Notes: generated by a model not told the origin, from the sequence alone. A DNA stretch of 62,983 nt, filler included, from Sphacelaria rigidula (GCA_964200075.2; 2 parts of 2 records of this genome joined end to end with filler, not necessarily neighbours in it); one strand, 5' to 3'. Positions 39,777-52,461 are shown, counted from the first letter of the whole stretch. A program made the numbers and translations.

Positions 39777-40660
39777 AGGGCTCGCCTGCGACCCTCCATC
39801 GTCGTAGGATCCGCCGCTGCCACTACGATTACCTCGTATTTTGCCCTCGTGCTGACGATACCGATATCGCACGGCACTAGACTGCCCAGACTCTCCACCG
39901 GAAGACGGTGGGCAATCGCGCGCGTAGTGACCGACCTGGCCACAGCGGTGGCAAGGGATACTCGCGGCGCGACCAGCCGACTTCGAGCCATGGTTGCGCA
40001 AAGATTTCGGCGAAGAGGTGGACGACTGGCCGAACACCTCTATTTTCCGCCACCCCTTGGCCTCGGCCACGACGATGCTCATCCCCAGGTACGGGTCGTC
40101 CTTCCAATCTGTTTGTGCTGCACCTTGATAAGCACGGCTTGCTTGAAATTTTCCTGTACCAACCCCTCCACCAAAGCCTAAGTGATTACTGCAGCCGGAC
40201 CGGGAATGAACTCACCATCGGGGGAACGATATACTAGTTCCACGTTCGGATTTTCCATGAAGTACTTCTCCAAATTGACCAAGATGGGCTCACACGCTCC
40301 AACATCGTCTTCCCCCGAGAATCCATGGCGACAGCTTTCACCACGGCCGCGGACGCTTGGGTCAGATCTACCTCGGCACCCGCCGCATGTCCAGCATGCT
40401 TTTTGATTGCCGCAACCACTTGCGGCCAGGTGATGGTGCTCTCGTTATGTTCCACACGAGCGAACACTCTCTGTACATGAGTCGGCACTTGTTGAGCCAT
40501 AGTCACCACCTGATGCCGCACGCCCCCCCCTGCATTAGCGTGCTCCACACGCTGCTTGTACTCTAAGTATTTTGTATAAAAAGTGCAAGATGCACTCTCT
40601 GAATACCTATCATCGTATTGGGGAGGTCGCAACTCTTGCCGCATGACCACGGGTGTCACG
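36795..40660 (-). mobile_element. Degenerate Ty3/gypsy retrotransposon internal region with chromodomain remnant
   Basis: Gag 40659-40234; zinc knuckle CHRCGQVGHYARDCP; protease VLDSGA (~39310); RT/RNase H remnants (GRYDPVKL, SPDASECFGG); integrase 38229-37276 (H..GH..CLHC, MDDLRNF, YSPWSNG); GPW motif ~37105; frameshifted chromo-like LVDSVGF..ERT..APKFLTKELR at ~36800-36990. No LTR pair found. Confidence 0.88.
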
Positions 40661-40987
40661 ATGGACGTACGTTCGGATTAAATTTCCGACGACTAACTCC
40701 TTGGACCGTTAATTCTCTGATGGCAACGGTTCGAAATCAATCGGGGTCACGCAGCATTGTCAAGTGAAAATGATTCAAACTCCCCATACAGCTGAAAAAA
40801 ATTCTCCATCAGAAGCTACACTCTCAATCTGACGAAGACATTGTTGCCTGTGTCTTGCCCCCGCAGGATTCGGGCGTGTACGTTTTTGCTGAGCCACGAC
40901 CTTATCCGCTCTGCTCTTGTACGGCCGCCTTGCTTGCAGGTTAGCTCTACTGTAGGGGCTTGCCGTTTTTTTCTCGGGAAGAACAGT

Positions 40988-41218
40988 AAACAACGTTTTC
41001 GCGAGATGGAGAGTAGTAGGGCGCTGGTCGAGAGTGGCTTTGGTCATTCGCTTTGTCTTGGCCAATTTTTCATTCCGTGTGTACTTTTCTCTGCCTTTAT
41101 CACTAGCGTGTGCTTACAGCTACACGTCGATATTTTACTCAGGGATATCACGGGCCTCAGTGGCGAGCTACTGCAGAAAGCCTGTCGGACCTCGTGGAGG
41201 GGCCTTTCGGAACTGAAG
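40988..41218 (+). repeat. Truncated copy of the MITE family at 60511-60813
   Basis: Aligns to the reverse complement of 60585-60813 (AACAACGTTTTCG.GAGAT.GAGAG, TATCACTAGCGTGTGCTTACAGCTACACGTCGATAT). Confidence 0.8.
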
Positions 41219-41969
41219 CGGGAGGGTACGGGAGGCGGGCGCACTTCCTGCAGTAACACAAACAAATTGCTTCTATCCTCCTTGAGTAAGGGACAACAGG
41301 AATACCAACTTGAACTTCAGATCCAAATAGCCTGGTCCCCCCCACCGCCTTTGCTCCCATCGACGAAAGTGTTATTGTACGTTGAAATCGGGGGGAAAAT
41401 GACGCTGCAATAACACCCGATAAATTTCCCTACACCCCGCTTCCCCGCCGGTACTAATCCGGCTAACTTAGTATGTAGTTATCTACAAACCCATTGAGAC
41501 GTCATCGATTATTGTAAACTTCAGGGAAACCATGCGCCACGTGGAGAAAGTGGGGAAACTGCGACCGACAACACAAAGATGAAGCAATATTTTAGGCGTT
41601 CGACAACTACCAACATGCACAGACTGGTTCATCATTTACTTGACGTATTCCCAAGCTCTGCGCGGTGATGATGGCGTGTACACATTTTTGAATTGTGTTT
41701 CTTGAGCGATGTTGTTCCTGCTGTTGCTGTCTTGCCCAGGAAGCGCGTGCCGGTTCGCCCGAACTCTTCTCTTCGCTCGAGGCTATACCTCCGGCCATCG
41801 GTCTCTTTCCAGCCACCGCACCCTGCTGCATCCCCCACGCGTACGCCGAGCATTACATGAACGAACGTATACATGCAGAACAACCTTCGGCTTTCAACAG
41901 AATGACGTCGTTCTGCCTCGCGATTTAATTAGATATTCGGCGGCGGGGTAATACGTTGACCTCTGTGTA

Positions 41970-42350
41970 GCCGTTCACCCCGGGGGATCAGTTGGTAACC
42001 TCGAAACCTGCTGACGGTTAGGTCGTGGGTTCAAATCTCAGAGCGATGTGGGATTTTTTCTGACACCATGCCAAACAGTGGAGAGCGACCATGTCGTGGG
42101 TACACAAAAGTAGACCTAACGGTCGACGAGAGAAAGGGATTGCTGAACCTCTCTCGCGATAAAAAATCAAGGTAAGCACCGCAGAAGGAAGGTAGGATAC
42201 TAAAAAGGAATAACAAAGAAAAAAGAAAAAGTTCCTGTGTTGACCTTCCTTCTGTGTGATCCCGGCTGGTGCGCCCACATATACGGAAAGGTGCAGACTG
42301 GCGTCCAGAATAGATGGGACGACAACACAACAACACACAACACACTCTGT
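41970..42350 (+). mobile_element. Near full-length tRNA-derived SINE
   Basis: Pol III A-box-like GGGGATCAGTTGG (41983-41995). Anticodon-arm-like AACC-TGCTGAC-GGTT (42005-42019). B-box GGTTCAAATC (42028-42037). The body is shared with the 12625-12905 and 28464-28625 copies, and there is a CA-rich tail. Confidence 0.8.
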
Positions 42351-43505
42351 AACACTCACCGGATCCTCTGTAACACTCAATCAAGCTACCCTTCGTGTTT
42401 CTACCAGTTGGTATGACAATATATTGCACGATGATGAAGAAATGCTATGATCAGATTCTTCTCTGATTTTCGGATCGAAAACAATCTTCTGGTTCGCCGT
42501 TTTGATCTTAAAGATGGACTATGTGTTTAACCGTCCTAAACAAACACGCGTGAAGGTTTCCACTCATGGGAACAATATGCTGTGTTCTTCTTCTTACAAC
42601 ATACAGTGAAGTCACAAAAAAATGGCATAGTAACGGAGTCGATCCTTTTTTTTGCCATTGGGCAGCGCTCTCTGTAACTTCGACAGATCGATGTTGTCGG
42701 ATCACAAAAGTGTACACAGCACATCCTATTCCCATGAAAGGGTAAGGGACTCGGCGCTTGAATGAGATGCCATAGGTAGGGCGTGGGGTTGTGTTAAAGC
42801 CAGTTCTTGTATGAATGAGCCACTTTAAAACGTCGATATAGGTAGCAAGTGACTTTCGTGTCATTGCTGCAACTAAAAGCGGCTTAAGTCGTATTCGACA
42901 CACGGGTTCACATTGCTTGGCAACAATAATAGTGAATGAAAAGACGCGCAACGAACGCTACCATATTTAAGGAATTCCCTGTTTCATATCTACCCACAGT
43001 GTGCCACGTTGACATGCGCATGTTTCGTTCTCATCTTCAGTGGTTGCGGGAAATTTGCGCAACGCCACCTTGATAAATCAAGGTGGTGAGATCTTTCTTG
43101 TGCATGTGTAAAACGACAACAAATCCATCAAGAAGTACGCGAAACACGAAAAAGTACGTTTTTTCTTGACAGCCAGGAGCGATCGGTACGAAAGCACATA
43201 TGACGAGTATCGCATACCCAGACCGTTCCCCGACGTCCTTTGTGATGCTTGACTTCACGAGATGACCCCACCATTCAAGGATCTTTCCATTCACCATTCG
43301 CTATATGGCCCACAGCTAGCAGTACACGCCCCACAAACTCCAATCAAAATATTCCGCGCTCCAACCACATCAATGGCAGTATTACTGCACCAGCTATCAT
43401 CCACTACACGTATAAACCAACCCTTCTCCAGCGCATCAAAGTTCGTTAAAGTACTGCATTCTGGGTCTTGTCGCCGAAAAGCACAACACGAAAACCACTC
43501 TACCA

Positions 43506-46500
43506 TCAAGGAATGCACTCCTCCTTGCGCGTCACGCCATTGCGCTGATCTGCAGCACCGGCCCCGACACCATCACCGCCCCCAGTGCACGTGTCACCAA
43601 ACAAGGCACCACCGGTTGCGTCGTTGAGCACTATGGTCTTCCCGGCCGTTCGGGCCACGAAGGCAGGGATCATCCAGGATGACAGAGAAACCGAAGAGTC
43701 AGATGTGTCGGCGGCGGGGTAATACGTTCCAGTTTTCCCCGCATCGTCGCGTTCACCCGAGTTCTGCACCGGATCGATAGAAGGGATGCCATTTCGTTTT
43801 GCTCCACTGCTGCAGGCGATTTCCTCCTCTTGTTGCCTTGTCCCTGCCGCAATGGGCACTCCGACACTGAAATCGGGCACTTCCATATCTGCCGGCAGTT
43901 GCACGCCGCCAGCGATGGTTTCATCAACGGCACTCCCCACAAAGGTAGTCGGTGGTCGACCTGGGTATCGTTGGTTGCATTGATCACCCTTCATGGTCTC
44001 AGCCTGGGTTTCTGTGATGGCCGTTTCCCCTGTAACTGCTGCGCGGGCTGTTGCCTCTGAAGTGTCTCCTTCTTCTAATTCCTCCGACATGGTAATATTC
44101 GACGTCGCTGCTACGACCCCGGAGGCGTCGACATCGCTATTCTGACCACAGTCTAAGAACTCAGGGGAACGGGTGGAGGCTGTGACGGTTTTGTCACAGA
44201 GAACCGACAGTTCGGTGGCAGTTGGTTGGAGCTCTTCTTTGCGCCCTTCCCTTTCACTAGTCGACATCACCACAACCGCCATGCCGAGCTGGCAGAAGGA
44301 GCAACCGCAATCGTACTCGAGCGCCATGTGGATTCTGTTGGTCAGGATATCCCACCGTACGAAACGCTCTTCTTCCGCAGAACGTACCACCCCTTGATGT
44401 AGAGGGCGACAGCGGACGCTCCACTCGTTGATTCTCACCTTTTTGGCCGTGCTCGTTGAAAGTACTTCTTCCGTTCTATCTCTCCTTTTGCGCGAGTATT
44501 TCTTGCCATCATCATCGCCCCCCCACTTCTTTTTGTTATCAACCTCCACTGCCCACTCATCCGCAGACCAAGTATCAGGAGTGGGCGGCGCTATTTCTGC
44601 TGCTGTTCGGGAAGGTATGGCGGGGGACGGAAGCAATAGAGAAGAGGAAATATCCCCATCGTCACTGCTACTTCTGTAGTCATACGCGTGTTCAGCGGCC
44701 GCACGGACTACTGCCTCGTAGTCGAACCATGATGTACTGCTACGGCTGCCGCTGCCGCTATTGCTGTCGTTATGGCTGTTGCTACGGCGGCTGCTGTTGC
44801 TGTTGCTGTTGCCACCGCCGCCGCTGCTGCTGCAATAGCTGTTCTCGCGATCGGTGAGAACTTGGGAGTGTTCGTCAGGGGCACAATCTCGCTGGCTACC
44901 AGATCGCGGGTCGGCGTTACGAAGTGGTGACCACGGTGAGGACAAGCAAGCGTGTGAAGCGGAGGAAGCGTCGCTCTTCGGCATAAACTCTTCTGCAAAG
45001 TTGTCCGCTTCTGATTTGCCTCTTGTTCCGGTTGATGCTATCTTTCCGTTCTCCGCCACTCTTGACGTGTTGAATCTACTGTTGGACGAAGAAGATGAAT
45101 AGGTCAGGCTGCTCCCTTCGATAGAAATACCGTTGCCGGGGGTTCGAGTGCGCATGCTCGTACATACTCCTCGATTTGTCCGGAGGGAAACTGCGTCTTC
45201 GCAGGCGTCATGAATACCCACCGCAGCACTGGTACACGTAGTAGAAGACCCGCCATTAGCAGAGAGGCGAGACATATCTGGAGAAGAAGCCTTCCGCTCA
45301 GCAGCTGTGAGTTCAGACTTATGATCGTTTGGGGATTGAGGCAAATACATTTCATCGTCATACTCCGGTGTCAGTAGTTCCAGCAATCGTACCTTGAATG
45401 CACTACTGGTCGACATTGAATCAGTGTGCACGCCACTTTCCAAAGAAGTAGTGGCTGTGCTGTCACGAGCTTTGCGGACGTGATCTACCGTCTGGTCAAA
45501 CACCAATTCTCCAGCAAAAACTGAGCCAGGTCCACCTGCTGTCCTGCCACTGTTGACAATATCCGCGCCCGCTCCCTTACCCCTTTTTACCTTTAAGGTC
45601 CGTCGGGCTACCGTGATTCCTTGTGCTACAAGCTTCAAGGTCTCTTCATGGTGATCCAAACCCAACACAGAACGCAATTCCATAGGCAGGCATGGCCCCG
45701 GGCTACGAGACAAACGCCTGGCCAATACCACTGCTGTGAGGGCTAGGCCGACCTCGCGTGTGAGCCCACTAGACGAACGGGATTCCTCGCTGCTGGCGCT
45801 CCAAGCACGAACCTCTGCATGCTGCCCCCGCCCATATTCCTTGTCACCCACTCCTACTGTCGCTGCTGGGGTGTTGATTGACGAAGCGGGTGTCATGGTG
45901 GCAGTAGTGGTGGCCGGAGAAGAAGTGGGGGATGGGGCGTGGTGCAGTGGATCTTGATGATGCTGACGTTGACGTCTCGGCGTGATCAACACATGCCCCC
46001 GCCGCTCCTCGCCTTCGTCTTCGCCTTCGTTATCCTGAGGGGGAGACAGAAGGGCGAGGCTGACGGCGAACCACTCCGAACACGCGCGCACGACCGCCGT
46101 TTGGTTGGCCATGTCGCAGAAGAGGTTGTGGAAGGCCACCGCGTTTGCGCGAAATGACGCGGTCAGGGCCGTCCCGAGAGAGTCGGAGAGCGCAATCTCA
46201 AGTCCTGGGTTGTTGCACACGCATAGAAAATGGAAGTGGATGGTGACGTACGGCAGCATCGCGAGTGATTCGGAGAAACAAATGTAACTTAGCTGCTCGA
46301 CAACAGGTGTTGAACTTCCGCGACAAGAAAGCTGGTGAGCGAGCGCTCCTTCTCGAGAAGTGATTATAGTTCATGGTTTCCAGGTACGGAACGGCAATCC
46401 TCTCTGTCGCCAGGCGTACTAGACTATGCCACCGACGATCGAGCTTTCTTTGTTTGGGCGCATGGTAGCACAAATTGTTCACGTTTTAAGTCAAGCGGCT

Positions 46501-47790
46501 TTCAAGCGAAACGGCGGCCCTTAGTGGAGTGCATCAACTCGTTGCATCACCGGTCGCACACTCGACTGGATTTCATTCGCAGCGTATTCGAAGTTCAAAA
46601 ACTACCCTTCTGATACTAACGGTTCACACTTACCTAGCCTGTAGATCCTAGAAGGTTCTACCCTGGCTCCAAAATCCTGCACCGCCTTCTCATACACGTC
46701 ATGGTACTTGGATGCAAGGGTGAGCGTCGTGACCGACAGCAATCGAGCGGATACTCGGCTCACGGGGTCGGTTATACGCTTCGACTTCACCTTCCTTTGC
46801 TTCATGTTGCTGCGACGATTCTTTCTCGCCCCGCTGCCCATACGGAGCCTGCCACTAATGGTACGAGATGCGCTAGTGGCATCGTTGGTAGACCGCGATC
46901 GAGGTTGAGCCAGGCCTCGGGGAGCGCCCAGGCGCAAGTAGTGCAGGGCCAGACTGGCAGCAGAGGTGACGACAAGACTGTCCACATGGATAGTCTCGAT
47001 GGCGTTTCTCATCCAATGAAGGACGTCCGCCGCATCTCGTTCGAAGAAAGGGTTTATAGAGCCAGAGGAAGTAGGCGTAACTGCTATGATTCTCGCGGTA
47101 CCACTGTTCGCAACTGGGATGGTTCCCTCTACTGTTATAGGTATCCCTTGCGACGGCAAATCAGCCGGTCCCAGCCGCTGTGTGTTCTCGGCCTGTGGAT
47201 AATGACGGTGGTACGCCGCAAATGAATAGAGGAGGAGCAAACATCCTTGGGTATCGGTGTTAGGAGGACTCATTAAGATGATGTGGGTTCTCAGGTGCAC
47301 GCCAAGTGCAACAACGAAACGCTCATAGCCCAAGGCGCTTCGCGATGGCAGTCTTGCACGTAGCTTTTTCGTGAAAACAAGAGCATGCTTGCGTTTTCTT
47401 TCATTCAATAACATGCTTGCTTTTTCTTTCATTCAATAACAAGGGTGTGTGCCATGAGGAGTAGGAACGGAACTGTGGGTTGTAGCAACAAGCACCTTGA
47501 AGTAGGGACACCACTGTGTATGCTCGTGTTGCGATCGTGGTGTTAAAGTCGCATCGAGGATTCAATCGAATGAGTCCACTCTCCCGCCCCCCGCCACACA
47601 AAAGTAGATCCCCCATGTATCTGTATGTCTACCTGGAGACACGAGCCCAGAGACCCACATATCTAAATAGATGCACCTGTAGACACGAGCCCAGAGACAC
47701 CAGGTGTGCGAAGAGAGTGGAGAGCACAAGGCCACTATTCCCCGCCTCTTCTACATCTTCATCAGGCATGGGTGCGGCAGCTGCCTTCAT
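43506..47790 (-). CDS. Large divergent cyclin-box protein, probably 3 exons, ~1123 aa
   Basis: Exons 47790-47677 (less certain), 47192-46634 and 46204-43506 join in frame (3372 nt). Cyclin N-box elements: DVLHWM, AASLALHYL, RLLSVTTLTLASKYHDVY, LEIALSDSL. A long Ser-rich C-terminal extension follows. Confidence 0.68.
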
Positions 47791-48138
47791 CTAGCGACAA
47801 TTGCTGCTGCCACTCCTGGTGCTGGCGCTGGTGTTGGCGCTGGCGCTGGCGATGACGATGATAATAGCCCCTTCAGCAACGATGGCCTTCTATTGCGCAA
47901 TGATCTATGCGCGAGAAAGAAAACCGCCGGCTGTACTATGCTGCGATCCTGTGCGCAAACTGGCGCGAGATTCACACACGAGGGTAGACGGAAGACGCGA
48001 ACGAACAACGGTATTGATATGATGAACAAGTAAGGAGTCGCTCACGGCGCAACGTAACAGTGAAGAGAGTTCGACGGTCTGTGAAGTAGCGGACAGACAG
48101 ATCGACAGGGAGACAGAGAGTGAGACAGAAAGGGGAAG

Positions 48139-48183
48139 AGACAGACAGACAGACAGACAGACAGGCAGGCAGGCAGGCAGGAC
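48139..48183. repeat. Compound microsatellite (GACA)n(GGCA)n
   Basis: Directly visible tetranucleotide runs. Confidence 0.9.
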
Positions 48184-51100
48184 AAAACTAACGAATGGAG
48201 CTACATATGATACCTGCCAAGTAAGCAGCAGAGATCGTTGCCCCGTGGCTCACGTACCCCAGTGGAATACTCATCATCACAATATTCTCCTCAGCGAAAG
48301 GTCATGATGGTTGGACGAAATGAGTACCACGTGCCACAAATCCTTTTCTCTCTCCGTGAAATCTCCCCACGCCCATCATTCTATTCCCATCACTGACACT
48401 ACCTTTCTTTCATTGCATTGCATAGGTCGTGGCTCCCCTTTTTGAGCGAATTGACGCTGCGTAAACCGTTGGCCTCCCCCCAAAACTGATCTCCGATCAG
48501 CTACTTGTACCTTACTTGGATAGTCACTACAGCCACAAATACTTGCTGATGATCGGTTGGTGGTGAGTGCTGTTCGTTGCGGACGACTTGCATGTGTGTT
48601 CATTTTTGCGGACGCATCTGTTTGCCTGGCATTTGCCAGAGTGAAAAGAAAACAATAGAATATTGTGAAGCACCTGATATCACTATCATAGAGGGGAAAG
48701 TCTGGGCACCTCTATCGCAAATGCCGACCCAAGTGTAGCTAGCGTATATCCGCACACCATTGTATAGATTGCAGGGTTCAACTACCCCCACGTACAGCCA
48801 TGAACACAAGCACAGGGCTTCACGGAGAGGCTTTACGTGAAATTTTGAATTTCACCAGGACAAAATTAGTTTCGCGGCCACAAACGTGATCAGACTGGTC
48901 TCTCTGTGTGATAACTTGCATAACGTCTCGACTATCAGGTCGCACTTACCCACCGGAAGGTTGCGTGGGACTATTGTGGTGTCTGAGGGCGTAGGGTTGA
49001 GCTCGGGGGGTCGGAATTAAGTGGGGTATGACAGTTTTGTACGGAGGCGTTGTGACTGCTCGATTGCACACGTCGATTGAATTCGACCAGGAAGACGACA
49101 CCGAGTATAGTGCACCTTCACACATTCTACATGTGGTGTGTTGTCGTCCCATCTGTTCGTGGTATTGTATTTCAAATGTCATACAATCGGTGAAAAGTAC
49201 CCATGACAGCGGCCCTCACCATCATTGTATATTTTGTTCGAACAACGGGAACCGACTCAAGTTAGATCTAGTATTCATCATTAAAAATATGTTTTTCATC
49301 TGTGTCATGATCTTGAGCAATGCATATAAGGGCCGCTGTACCGACTTGGCGGAAGCGCGCACGAGCATAGCACCACATCTTCTGTCTCCAGCCACAGCCG
49401 ATAGGTCTCTTCGTCCCTCGTACATCGAAATCTAGACGTCACAAAGATGGTGAGTGTCTTTTGCTCTGATGAAGCAATAGCTTGCCATAGTGCTGCTAGT
49501 AGCGTGTTGGGGGTCGGACAGATAAATAGTCTGACCAAAATTGCGAACTATTGAAACAAATATCATAGTCCGTTTACTGTTCGCAACACGCTGTACTCCC
49601 TTTGCCCTGTCCTATACGGTGCGTCCAAGTCTGTTGCTCGCCAGCTGTGGATGAGCCGAACCATTTTTGAGCTTGTCGTAATCTCGCTGTCGTGGATGGA
49701 CAGCAAGTGGCACAGGCATGTGCGCTATCCCTCAACAGACAACCCCGCAGTTGGGTCAAACAAACCAATTGGATTTGATGAAAATGTGGAAATATGGCTG
49801 TCGTTTTTCGGGCGTGTGTGGCGTGTTTTTGTGGCGTTGTTCGGCCACGCCAGCGTTTACTAAACAGTTATCGGAGTTTCACGTGGTTGGGCCGCCTTCA
49901 AGTGTCGAAAGACAGAGCAAACAGCTGAATCTACTTACCTACGTGGACGTGTCGCCCCCCTCCCCCCCCGTCCTCCCCCCCCCTCCCCTTACCCCCCGCC
50001 ACCGTGCCATGGCCTTTCCTATCTACCTCCCACTCATCCAGCCATATAGTTTGTTTTCATGGGTTTGGTCTCTATCGTGTTGTCCGGTTTCGAGCTGGCA
50101 AACCCGTTGCTTTCATCCTGTTGTGCACAACCTCCGTTCTTTAGAACTTTCAGTTATGAGTTTTCTACACTGAAGAATATAAAATACAGTTCCGTAGGGT
50201 ATTGGAGAGAACTTGTCATCTCGAACCTTTCTACACGTAGTTTCATAAAACGATGAAACATGTCCAGTGGGGAACGGGGATACGTGGTCCATCTCATCAC
50301 AGTCTGAGACATCGTCAGTGATCCATCGGGGTGAATTTTGCGCACGACTTCCCCCCTCTATGGTGAGCCCGTATCCGAATTCGTTCCAGTTCTCTCGTCT
50401 ATACGTTCGTGTCCTGGGAGCGACAGACGAAGCATGCAGGAAAATTTGGCTTCGCCGAACACTTGTTTATTTCAGTATTTCAGTATTTCAGTATTTCCGA
50501 CGTACTGTACAGACAGTATCTTGGTGATACCGCACCTATACAGAGTACCAACCTGTGCGGTGAGTTTTACTGTCAACGGGGAAGTACACTACAGGTCATG
50601 TTGTCGCTTTTTTACACCTGAGCAAAGCGAACACCTTCCAACGGTCATCAGCGGACCTCGGCAGTACACGGGTATCCAAATAATACATGTTGACGTAGTA
50701 CATGTCGACGTGTGCCTGGTTTTCAATTTGGCGGTCACCTTGGCATTAGGTGGAAGCGAGAAGCCGCGCAGGAACACAAGCAGCTGGAAGTTGTTTTCGC
50801 TCCCCCACTTGCGTTTATTCTGTTCTCAATGTCACAAAACTGTACAAGGATTGGCGCTCGAATAGCCCTGGATGGCTTCTACACTACTACACAGTGTACA
50901 TACACTGCGTTGTCGTGCCATTCTTCCGCCCCCGTCAAAGCTGTAAGAACGTGGTCGCACCGAACGTTTTCCCTTTGCGAGGAAGGAAGGGTCTCAGTCA
51001 GCCACCTAATTCCGTCCATTTTTGTGGGGAAACGCGGGTGGCTTCGGGGTGTCAAGTTTTTTCCACGTGGACGACTTGGACACCATAATGGATGACTGTC

Positions 51101-52218
51101 GGTGGACCTGATCCTTGGCTGAAGTGCGAAACTGAAATGTACTGCAGTTGGCTGTTGCAGTGTTGCGTGTGCTGTAAGTGCCGAGGCCACAGTACAGTAC
51201 TCCACTGGTGAAGTGTACTCTTGGGGGTACAAGACTGTAATACGACGTCGTCGACGTTTTGTACGGCCTTTGTTAGCGACGCGTATGTGCAATCGTGTAC
51301 AAGAAGCGGGTTTACGTGCACGACCTAATATATAGCCCGAGAAGCGGCTGATTCCACCACAAGCTCACGTGCCCCTGCAAGACGGATCACCTTCCCCTGG
51401 ACCATCGTTTCGTCCACAGTATCCACTACTATAATAGAAGTGTATCCAGTTATACTGCATCACGTTGCATTTCACTTACCCGCGTGCACCATCTCTCCCT
51501 GTACACAAGCGCGATGCGTCCCGTGTGGTGATCGTGGTGTGCCACCAATCTCGACCGATAATTCGATAATTCCGCGATCTCAAGGGAGAGCCTGAGCTTA
51601 CTGCTGTTCCTCCATGTCTTTCGTTTAGACGTGTACAGAAAACAAAATGACTCTTGCGTGGCGCCGTCATCTCCCCCGCTTACTTCTCTCACGTATGCAA
51701 GTTGTGCCGAGCCACAACGAGAACACCATGACGTATTTCGTCTGTCAACAAATTAGCGAAAGGGGCCAACGACAAACGATTGGTTGCCCTTCACCTCCGG
51801 CAGCAGAGCTGATTCACTCTCACTTGAACATTAATTTCCTGCTACGAAGTGAACGTACGATAGCGAACTGCTGTGATTCGAGTGATGAAACCGATACGGT
51901 CCTGCGGTGAATATCCTGGATGCTTCGGGTGGAGAAGGTTGCTGTGGACGCCACGGTTGACGCAGCATGCTAAAGTGTGGTGACCCGCAAAGGCACGCGT
52001 CACCTCGAGCATTGAGGAAATTTTGTTCGGGGACAAATTCAAGAGTTGTACCGCATATACCTTAGAACCATTACGTGTTTCCCCCCCACCTGTTGACATG
52101 GAGGAATCTACAGAGCTGTGATCACGAGACCAAGACGTCCTACGTGATATATTCGATGAGACATTTGCAGGGGGGAAGGGGGGCGGAGGTCTCCTGCCTT
52201 CACTCCTTCCGGGCGCTG

Positions 52219-52398
52219 AGACCAACTCTTATGGGAGCGTTTAGAATTTTGTTTTGCAATCATTTCACACAACTTTTTTTAACTTCTTTGCCGTAGGTGT
52301 GTATTTTGTGCCCGTTCACCATGATGACGGAAAAATGGAAGAACTCCTCTGAAATTGTTGCAAAACGAAATTTCAAATGCTCCCAAAATAGTTGGCCT
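52219..52398. mobile_element. Short foldback/MITE with ~49-bp inverted arms
   Basis: AGACCAACTCTTATGGGAGCGTTTAGAATTTTGTTTTGCAATCATTTCA (52219-52267) pairs imperfectly with 52350-52398. Confidence 0.75.
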
Positions 52399-52461
52399 GA
52401 GTAGAATTTTTTTACTGAAGATTGTATCACTTCGTCTGGAACTTCCACGGAATATTGTACA

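Noticed and set aside
41975..42045. Possible tRNA-Gln gene
   Set aside because: There is no acceptor-stem pairing and the D arm is poor. It is fused to a body repeated elsewhere, so it is a SINE head.
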